Source of the DNA: Lingula anatina
Taxonomy: Eukaryota; Animalia; Brachiopoda
Length of the DNA stretch: 64,000 bases
Direction of reading: 5' to 3'
Assembly (NCBI GenBank): GCA_051362555.1
Contig: CM120641.1
Location: forward strand, 1,426,001 to 1,490,000
A program made the position numbers and the translations under genes. This document shows, piece after piece, positions 43,101 through 53,400 of this stretch (position 1 is the stretch's first letter; the number at the start of each line of letters is the position of its first letter). The notes under the pieces are model-generated. The model was not told the DNA's origin. It was given only the letters and a program-made list of their open reading frames with translations, and did not search any database.

Positions 43101-44202
43101 CTTTACCGCTTGCATAGGCTGTACCTACCTGTTTCGCAAAGGAAACTCTGCTATTGAACCTGAATGCTTTCTCAAGAGCCTTCCTGTGCTGGCAATTTTT
43201 CTACCCATCAATACCAATTGATTTCACATATAGCAAATACATTCCATTACAGATGCCATTTAAAGGTCGACTTACTTTTAAATTATACCCCCTCATAAGG
43301 TCAGTGGGGCATTGATAATCAGGCATGGGTTAACCTTTCCGGAGCACCTGTCCTCATCGGGTCAGGCCGGCAATTACTATGAATACTTCCAATGGCATCG
43401 TTGTATGGGTTTTTGAGATATCAAAAAGGGCTTTTTGCGATGAATCTACATGTATAATTTAGTGTTTTTTTAAGTATACGGATATTTGACGCCAAATGAA
43501 ATACAGTTGGCGAATTTACCCCCATCCCCAAAGGTGGAAATAGTATTGAGTACTTAAATATTATAGAAGCCCAAACTAAAATAACTTAAGATCTAGGTAT
43601 CATTTTTGCTTTGTACGGCTTAAGCCGAATAAGATTACTGCATTGTTAATTGCGTTAAATGCAAGCTTTGCACAAGGGTATCGATCTCATTGTTGTTTCT
43701 AAAACATACAATGCGTCTTTGGGGGAATGTCACTCCTTATCTATAAAGATAAAAGAAAAAACCCACGTGCCGTCCTCTTGAAAAGGACGAAAATAATTTA
43801 AACAAGACAAAAGCGAATGTCCCATTTATAATTGAATAGAATCATTTGAAGGCATTTTTGGCAACTGACAATTCGACAAATGCTCGGAGAATTACATGTA
43901 GTTGCTAACTGCACTGTCCAGTGTTACATTTCAGAAATTTTGTGTTTAGTATATCACTTTAAAAACAGGACAGTTAATTTTTTTAGTTCTGTTTCCAAAA
44001 AGTACACTTTACTTTTTTCATTAATCAATTGCCAGCATTAATCGTAACATGCATGAACCAAATAATAGTTTTAATTGAAAATTCTAGCTTAATGAACTAC
44101 CAAATATTTACAGTCACCACAATTGTATGCTTAATAAATAATGTTAATAAAGTAAGTATGTAGATATTGTTAAATTTATAGACATGTCAAATTTAAATAT
44201 CA

Positions 44203-44208
44203 TTTATT
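44203..44208 (-). terminator. Candidate polyadenylation signal of the PKS gene
   Basis: AATAAA on the minus strand about 155 nt after the stop codon. The region is very AT-rich, so this could be chance. Confidence 0.4.
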
Positions 44209-44362
44209 TATAGTAATCCCTAACTTTTAATCAAGAATATTATATATTCTAATGAATATAAATAATGTTTAAGTAAAGTTCACAAAAATGTCGCGTTTTT
44301 CGCTGGATACATTTTTCAGATCCAGTGGTTGAGAAAGTGTCGCTGCATTATCATACAAAGTT

Positions 44363-44484
44363 TTAATGTAAAGTCAATAACACAATTTTCCGCAGCTCAT
44401 TCGCCCAGGTTTCTGCGGCGTGATAGTCCTTGGCTCGGAACACGTACTCGCGATCCTTCCCTTCGATATGTAGACTGGACCAGC
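44363..44484 (-). CDS. PKS terminal coding exon (C-terminal half of PH domain)
   Basis: GWSSLHIEGKDREYVFRAKDYHAAETWANELRKIVLLTLH*. Acceptor cttatttccattccAG. Matches the PH beta6-beta7-helix pattern with the conserved Trp. Confidence 0.85.
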
Positions 44485-47400
44485 CTGGAATGGAAATAAG
44501 ATATAATTCCCACTGATGACCGTTTTTATTTGGTTGTTTTATTAAGCTGATAAAGTTGTAAGATGGCATAGCATGTAGCCCGCTGTATGTTTTCAATCAC
44601 TTTTGAAATCATGTGCTTCGTGTCGAACGTAGCTTTTGCATCGACCTGTGCTTCCCTCTGTTAGAGAAAACACGTACTAAATATGGTCGAAAACATATGG
44701 AATGAAGATGTAAAACTCGATTATTATATGAAAATGATTAGGAAACACTGTTTATAATCTTGCAAGTTGGTGTCATACATACTTACCTTTTGACTGAGAA
44801 AATCCGACTTTTTCAATGAGATTTATTGCAATTGATTTGGATTCTTTAGAAATGCCGGTGTCGTCTGCCTTTTCTGACCACACCAGTTGTGGCCAGCCGC
44901 CATTTTGTGAAGAGATCACTCGGACGAAGCGTTTGTGTCGTATACCTTTAGGATTCACCTTAGTGAAAAACATCCCTGGTGAATAACAAAAGATGAAAAT
45001 GCATAAATTATAAAATTGTAAAAGGACTTGAGTAAAAATTTTTTCTACTACGTTCAACGATTTAGTCAGATAATTAAGCTTATCATTCGACAAAAATGTT
45101 TTTTATTACTCTTACTGAGTAAGAAATCCCTGTTAATGTAAATTATAGGTCATGTTTAAAAAAGACTACTATTTCTTTCAATTATGTCCAATGAAATTTA
45201 ATATAACAATTGCCTTGGCAGGGGCATACTTAAATAAGGAGGCATTGACCGTGACACCTACCTGTACGTAATATTTCTGATATGTCAGGCGGAGCATGTG
45301 TCGCGTTACTATACTGGTGGATACCATTGCCGTTGGATGCGTTAGCTGTAGCCGAACTCTGGGACAGAATCTCCACATTACATAAGGCAATAGTTCTTTG
45401 TGGGTCACTTGTGACCAAAGACAGCAAATATTCAAAGTTCGAAACAATTACTCTGGCTTCTTTTTCACTAAGGAGGTCGCTAGAGTAGTCCAGAGCTAGG
45501 TCTATCTTTTCCCTTTTCTTATCATAAAGAATCCGAAGCCTCGTCTCGTGCGTAAGAATAAGTGTGCGCGCATCTTTCATATAAGCTTGCTTTTCCCGGC
45601 TCTCACTCTTGTCAGAGTACTTCTCAAACAAATCCTCCTTGAAGGACGACGCTTCGAGGATGATTTCATGGCGAGTCAAGTAAGGGCGGTCTTCTGGCGC
45701 AACCAAATTTCTGATATTTTCAAATGGGTACAGGCTGTTCTGGATGCACTGTAGGATGCTTTTGGCATTTCTACATATGTAGCTGGCGATGGTTTCATGC
45801 GCATCATCGGGGAAGGAAGCGGGCAATGGAATGAAATTGACGCAGTCGGTGACAGTGCGCAAGAGGCCGGGGACGTGCATGCGCAGATCAACTGGGTTTG
45901 AGACAACGACGGTATCTGCACTGCATAACTTGTGAAGAACCAATTGATGCACACTAGCTAAAACCTGAAAAACGGTGACTTTCTCTCTTTTGCAAAATTC
46001 GCTGAGTTTTTTCACAATTTCTACTGACAAAGGCCGTTCAAGCGTAGAATACTCGCCTGAGATCTTTTCGAGCGGAGTTGATTCCTTTGATAACCGTACG
46101 TCTGACATTTTATCTGGAAGAATGCCGGACCAGAATTCCTGGAGCTCCTTCATTTTGGTCGTTGTCAATACCTTCCCTATTTCCTCTGCAATATTCGGAA
46201 CATCTGCATTCTTGTAAGCTTTCATGGATATACCGCTAGTTTTGGCTGCTACAACAGACATAAGATCCTGAAATATGAGGGGCACTGAAGTCATATCGAG
46301 GGCGCTGTGGTGAAAAACAAACCTCAAATAGCTTCTCGGTTCGGTAAGAACGAAGGCCACTCGCCATGGAGCCTCTCTGATGAGATCGAATGGCGAGCGA
46401 GTGAATGAATTCAGCGAGGGTGTCACTTTAGTTTCAGACCCCTCTAGTGTGAGGAAATCCACAGGAGCATCCTCAGGCAGGAAAGATATTTTTACCTCGT
46501 CTATTCCATCGCCCGTACCAGGAGTCCTGGGAACAAAGACTGCTCTTAGCATTGGGTTGCGGCGTGCAACTTCATTCAAAACTTCTTGCCAGAACCCGGA
46601 TGTTCCAGGGTTTTCTGGGAGTACCAGTGTCATGACCACGTGGGCGCTGAGATCGGATGGATTTGCCCGGTTTCTTTTGTACGAGGAGTACTGCATGAAT
46701 GATGGTGTCAGCAGAGGCCCTGTGGGTGAGGAATTGGCAGACACGGAAATTGGTAAATGAGCAAGTGCTTCTTTCGTTCCCTGTGGCTTGGGCTTGGTTT
46801 CCTGTTTAGCAAAATCGCCAGGGAGTCTCTCGTCTATGAAACTAGCAAGTGCGGCCGCGGTGACATCCTCACTTAGTAACACCACAACTGGTATTGTGAC
46901 CTTCAGCTCCTGGTTCACCCTGTTGATCAGAGACATGGCAATCATGGAATCAATCCCCATGTCTGAGATCGAGGCATCGGCGTGGACGGCTAAAACGTCC
47001 ATGCCAAACAGAGAGGCAACAACACTGCGGGAGTATTCGACCAGTTTTAGGTAGCGCTGCTCCGCACTCAGCGACTTCAGTTCTCCTAACGTCACGGTGC
47101 ACTGACCCTGGTCTGAGTGTGCCTTGTTTTCAGTGGAAGCCGCGCCGCTGTGCAGCTGCATTATGGTGGTGTACCGAGCTCGAATTGGGGAGTTTTCTGC
47201 TCTCTGTAACTCCTGCACCATCTTATTCCAGTCGAAATTGCCATAGAGAACTTGAGTCTCGTTCTTCAATAGCGCGTGGTGGAGACACTTCACAATCTCA
47301 GGTACCGTAAGAGAAGCGTGTCCCATTACCTTAAGAATTCTCTCTGCAGCCTCGTCGCCTTTCAGAAGACCAATCTCTAGAGCGCCCCAGTTTATAACTT

Positions 47401-50400
47401 GCGCTACCATATTCTGCTGTCGTCTGTAGAAAGCAAGGGCGTCCATAAACGAGTTGCCGGCTCCGTAATTTGTTTGACCTCCATTTCCCATCAGTGACGT
47501 CACGGAAGAATGCATGACAAAATAGTCGAGACTGTACTCTCTCGAAATAAGGTGAAGATTCCATGTGCCAATGATCTTGGGGTTAGTTGCTTTCTCAAAC
47601 TTTTCTTGATCAAGATTCAACAAGATGCCATTTTCTAGAACAGCCGCCCCGTGGAATATACCTTTAAGGGGAACGCCGGGCAACGTCTGATCCAATGATC
47701 CGAAAGCTTTCTTCAAAGAGGAGAAATCCATGACGTCAGCCTGAACGCAAATGAACCGCACGCGGTGCTCGTTTTCCAGACGCTTTATGCTGGCAATTTG
47801 TTCACTGTTCGGGGCCCGACGTGACATAGACACGATATAACCTGCTCCGTTCGCTGCCACATATTTGCTGATTTCCCACCCAAGGCCAGTTAGACCACCG
47901 ATAATGAGGTAGCTTGCGTCCCGTCTGAATAAATCATTAGGGCCGGCATACACAACTCTGGACATTGCTTTCTTGTGGAAACGCACAATATCCACAACGT
48001 CATCAGGGCTGTGGTCGTGTTGGTTTTCAATTCTTGCCAGCATGGTGCTGCCGAAATCTATGCGCTTGTGTAGATCTACAGCTTCAAGCTTCATTTCATT
48101 CACCGTGATATTTAGGTTAAGCTGGGGCTTTGATTTTAGTTTCTTGAACCAGCGTCGGAGTGGCGGGATGGTAGCCCGAAGGCTCGGTGGGTTGAACGTG
48201 TCACGGAGGAGACAGGTGTGTATCTGGGTATTCGGTAGGTGACCTGCAAGTGCATTAATGATAGGACCAGAGACCCATTCCTCCACCACAATCAGGGACT
48301 GGGGATTCTGCCAGGAACCAGCCAGACATTTCACATCCAGTAATCTCAGCTCTTCCAGAAGGACAAGGGTTCTATGTTCCAGTTTCTCGCGGTTTTGAAG
48401 ATCTTTTCTGGGGATGATCTCAGCCGCCAGGTTCTTGTAGCCTGCGAATGTTTTAAACAGCTTGCTCAAAGCAGAAGTTTCATGTGTGTGGACAATACCA
48501 ATCGTCCCAAGTTTTGCAGAAACCAAATCGAGAACTTTCCTGACTAAGATAAGCTGAGCAAGCGATGTCTTGGCAAATTGCGGAAGATCTTTAGTGCGGA
48601 ACACGCAGTCCTCTGGAACCTTAAGTATGGACGCTGCTTTTGTGGGATAACATGTCAGCACCGTCTCTCCTACTCGGAAACTGGATTTGGGGCCAGTTTT
48701 TAAAACCTGTCCCTCCACGCTTAAAGTGAGGACATCATGCCCCGGTGCCTCAGCAGTTGGCCAGTAGGAGTAACTTGACTTTAAGTCGGAAACGGTTACT
48801 GGGAACAGCAACGGCTGATGGAGATATACAAGATTGGTCGATACCAACAGGTGCCCTTTCCCTGCGTTGAGATCACTGGAGTCACTTTGATATTGCAGGT
48901 GGACATCTTTTAGTTTCCTACTGTGGCAAGACACGAGCTTCACTTTACTATCTTCCTCGGATATATTTTCCCTGTATTGAATGTAATTGAGGTTTTCAGT
49001 CACTGGCATGATTTCATTGAGGTAGAAAGATCCTGCTGCGACCACAGTTTCGGGAAACTGCTTGACAAATGCTTCTATGTTCTTCAAGGCATTGGATACC
49101 GCTACCAGACTCTCTCTGCCTTCTTGCACGTCGACAAGACTGACTGCGTCATACGTATACTCTCTGAGGAGACTCCGCACCATCCCCCACATCTGAGATC
49201 CGACTGGACTCAACGTGGCATTGGATGATTGGCTTACACACTGGCAATTTCTGGTTAGAACCACAATGGGCACTTTGCAACCGGCTCCGTGAAGCAATTT
49301 GATGAGCTGCCTAAATCCAGAACATGCTATTTGACAAGCGTCGTTGACTTCTTCAGCTGTTGGGAAGATTCCTACGTCCGCTATTCCCCAGGCAAAGACC
49401 ACTCCACGTAATCGTGCTAACTCACTGAATGTATTACTTAGGAGATCTTGCAGTCCGTTTTCATCGCGCACCTTGCCTTTGAAGGCACTACGAGGAATGC
49501 GACATATTGGACCTTCTAGTCTCTCTGCAATATGTTCTGCGACTTTGCAGGGATCGGTAAGTACTAACCAAGAGTCACCCCGTAGTCCCAGATCCGCGTC
49601 ACCAGATGGCGCTACTGCAGAAGCCGCAGGCATCTTATTCCACTGAAGCTGATAAACAAAAGCTTCCTCAACCCGCTTGCTCTCTGAAATGAACTTTGTG
49701 ACGTAGTTATGGGTCTCCACTACCACCTCTCCATCTTGCGTCAACAACATGGCGTTGAAGTGAGCTATCTCGTGTGGTTTATCATGCATCAGTCTGCAGT
49801 AAGCGTACAGCTTCCTCTGAGGCGGGCGCCTGACGGTCAAACTACCAATACCCACGGGAATAGACGGGTCCGTCGCCTCGTTACCTACGTAAAATATTCC
49901 TGGGTTCTGAAAAAGACCATCGAGAATGGCGGGATGGATGGTGGTACTGTACATCTGTTGGCACACAACGTCTGGGAGCTCAATCGAGGAGAGACACTCG
50001 ACCTTGTTTCTAGATGCTCCAGTGATGACTTTCATACTTGGCCCGTACATGAACCCCAGCTTCTCCAGTGCCCCGTATATGACCTCTTCCGTAAGGTGTT
50101 CCGTGCACCTGCTCTTTATTTCCTCTATATCCACTGCCTTGACGCTGTGGATGTCCTCCGTGTAAATGACGCTACCTCGGGCGTGAACTCTTTTGTCTGA
50201 TTTGATGGTGAAATCATTTGAGCAGTGCTCCTGACCTAGGTCGTCTGCAGAGCCGAAATCAACTTCCAGTTTAGCACCCTTCCCGGGAGACAAGATCACA
50301 GGACGAACAAAGTCAACGTGAACCAAGAAGTTTTGCACGGGTTTTTTGGTCGAGGCAACTGCAGCCGTCAACGCAATTTCTGCATAGAAGGCGCCCGGTG

Positions 50401-53400
50401 CGACCACCTTTCCTCCCATATAATGGTCATATATGAACGGTGTCAAATTATTGTCAATGACTGCGGCATATTTAATGCCGGCACTTGGCAACCTCTTTAC
50501 AAAGGGATGGGCAAAATGGGAATCACTGTCAATTCCAGCGCGTTTGAGTTTAGAGGACTCTGGTTCAAAATAGTTCCAAATCCTTTTGAATTGATACTTT
50601 GGAGCATCAACTATAGCAACGTTTTTCATGGAAACGACGTTTTTCCACAGTGGATTGAGTCCCAATGTGTAGATTTTTGCCACTGCTTCACTTAGGCAGC
50701 TCAGCTCGCTACCTTTTTTCATAGACGGTATCACGGGTACGTCGCTTCTGTCTCGCATGTGAGCGCGCAGCACTGGGTGTGGTCCTATTTCAATAACGAT
50801 GTTGTCATGATCGTCCGTAATAGCAGCGTCTACAGCTTTTTTGAACTGAACAGGCTGACGCACGTTTCTTCCCCAGTACTCGGCTGTGACAAAATCTTGG
50901 TCTGACGCCAACTCTCCAGTCACTGTGGAGAATATAGGCACGTCTGGCGTTTTGCCTTTTAATTCCGATAAAGCAGCTTCTACTTTAGACTTGATATCTT
51001 GCATATGGTGACTGTGGTAGGCGCACTCAGTTGGCAGGTCTTGGACATACACACCATTAAAACGGATCGTGTCCCGGAGGGTCACTTTCAGATCTTCTAT
51101 GGCGTCTGCGTCCCCTGAGACAACGCACGATGTCGGGCTGTTAAATACTGCGATGTTGAGTCTACCCGAGTATTTTTCTGTAAGGACTTTCTCCAACCAG
51201 ACCGTTTTGTAATTCATCACAATACACATCCTTCCCCCTTTGGCTTCTGACAGAAACTTGGTGCGATAATAGATGGTTGTAACAGCATCTGGGAGGGAGA
51301 GAGCACCGGCCACGTGGGCGGCTGCCACCTCTCCCACAGACTGCCCAAGAACTGAAGACGGCGTTATACCCCAATGACGCCACAGCGCTGCTAGGGCCAC
51401 CTGGCAAGTGAAAATGGCAAGCGGGGCCACGTCAGCAGACGACAAGTCTTGATTCTCTTTAAATATCTCTAGTATTGACCAGTCGGTCAGGGGCTGCAGT
51501 AGATTGTCAATTTCCTGGACTTTATCTCTGAAGACGCCTTCTTCCCTTATCAAACCCCTACACATGCCTTGCCACTCCATTCCCATGCCACAGAAGACAA
51601 AAATGGCGTTTTTGGGCGCCAGACCCACTACTGGCTGTTCTGGCAAATTGGATACATCCGATTCCAGTTTGCGAATGCATTCCTCGATAGATGTCGCTGT
51701 GGTTGCAAGTCGGTAATTGTAATGAGTTCTCCTACAAGTTGATGTGCGCGCAATATCTCTCAAACTGTATTCCTTATTTGAAACCTTTTCCATGAGGTTT
51801 TTAGTAATCTGTTCAAGGGACCACTGATTTTGAGCTGAAATTGCAATGATTTCTGGGGATTTTTCAAATGCCTCTGTGGCCTCATCTGTCATATCAATGG
51901 ACACATTCTCACTGCCCAAATCCTGACATGTCTCATGACAATTTCTCTCTTGTGTGGCGTTTTCGGTCATCTCACTGTCAGTTTCTTCTTGTTCAATACT
52001 CATAACTGGTTTTTGGATGGCTTCTCTACTAAACTGCATGACCACGGCGTGTGCATTGGTTCCTCCAAAACTAAATGAGTTGACACAGGCAAGACGGGGC
52101 TTTCCCTCGGGCGGTGTCCAGTTCATAACCTCTGTAGGCACTCGCAGTCTGAGCTCGGGAAAATTAATCTTCGGGTTGGCCGGCCGGCCCTTGAAGTGCA
52201 AGGAAGGGACGATCTTCTCGTGTTTCATCATGAGGAGCACTTTAATGAGACCCGCTACACCTGCCGCCGATTCAAGATGGCCGATGTTGGTTTTCACTGA
52301 GCCTATATAACACTCGGATGCTCCCCTCGCCTTTCTGTCCAGAAAGCTGCCAATGGCGTTGCACTCCACGGGGTCGCCAGCTTGGGTCCCTGTCCCTATT
52401 TACGGGACAAGAAATAGCAATGATGATGTTATATGCAAAGCATGTGTATAAAACTCCATTAAATATCAGTTAACATTAATCATGTTCATATAACATTTAA
52501 ACACAAAACCAGTAATTATAATTGTGCTCATATTGCAGTAATACTTTGTACATCATTTCTTCTATTTATTATTACATACATATTATATTCTATTAAGGCT
52601 TGTTAATTTATGAAATTCGTGTAAAATATATGTATATATTTACCATGAGCCTCCACATACTGGATATCATCTGAGTTGACGTGGTACTTTGCAAACACTT
52701 CCTTGAGCAGTGCAGCTTGTTGAGAGCCTGACGGAGCCGTGATAGGGTGAGCCGTGCGGCCATCTTGGTTGACGCCTGTACCAATGATGGCCCATATTTT
52801 GTCTCCATCTTTTAACGCCTAGCGAATTCGACATGAAACATTATCAGATTAAAATAACATCATCAAAATGGGAAGTCGGACAATAGTTTTTCCTCCGTGT
52901 GAGGGTTCCTTGGATGTTTAAAGTAAATAAACCCTATGCAAAACAAAAACTCTGTTTGCATTTCTCCAAAAGATGACTTATGATCATCAGTTTGTTTTAC
53001 GTATATACAGCATTGGTCAAAAAGGTTGTCCCACCCCCATTTCCATGTACTTTTATTTACAAATGATCACCTCGCAGCTGTGAACTGTTAGAAATAGTGC
53101 TTTTTATCACGGATACCGTGTCTAACATGATTAATGGTTAAAAAAATACAAAATAGTGGTGAAAATATACATATTTTATACCATTTAGTAACATTTATAA
53201 GAGGTACCCCCTCAAATCGACTGTTTCACTGTTACTTCTACAGATGTAAAGAAATGTCTATAAAATTGAAAAGGTGCCATCAAATGTCACCAAATTCACA
53301 CACAATTAGCATTAGGGTGTGCTTATTAAAGATCACGTGCCTAACAGCGTGTGCCTCTACCGCGTACTGCAATTATCTCCTGTAGACGGCGCGACAAGCC

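Noticed and set aside
43325-43370. Minus-strand CCGATGA-GGA-loop-TCC-GGAAA as a hammerhead ribozyme
   Set aside because: The core has CCGA instead of CUGA, there is an extra G before GAAA, and no supporting stems are present.
45230-45261. Track ORF C-terminus RCHGQCLLI* as the true PKS end
   Set aside because: A G|GTAGGT donor at 45261 splices in phase to exons that complete a coherent PH domain, so read-through is probably intron.
45282-52310. Many plus-strand and alternate-frame ORFs (60-163 aa) overlapping the giant PKS exon
   Set aside because: These are shadow ORFs of a long, GC-richer coding exon and carry no motifs of their own.
45262-52395. Bacterial contamination or chimeric assembly as source of the long ORF
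   Set aside because: The ORF is joined by phase-correct spliceosomal introns on both sides and has a Pol II-type promoter.
52608-52808. 66-aa minus-strand ORF METKYGPS...
   Set aside because: Wrong frame. The real exon (52818-52644) encodes KS motifs in another frame.
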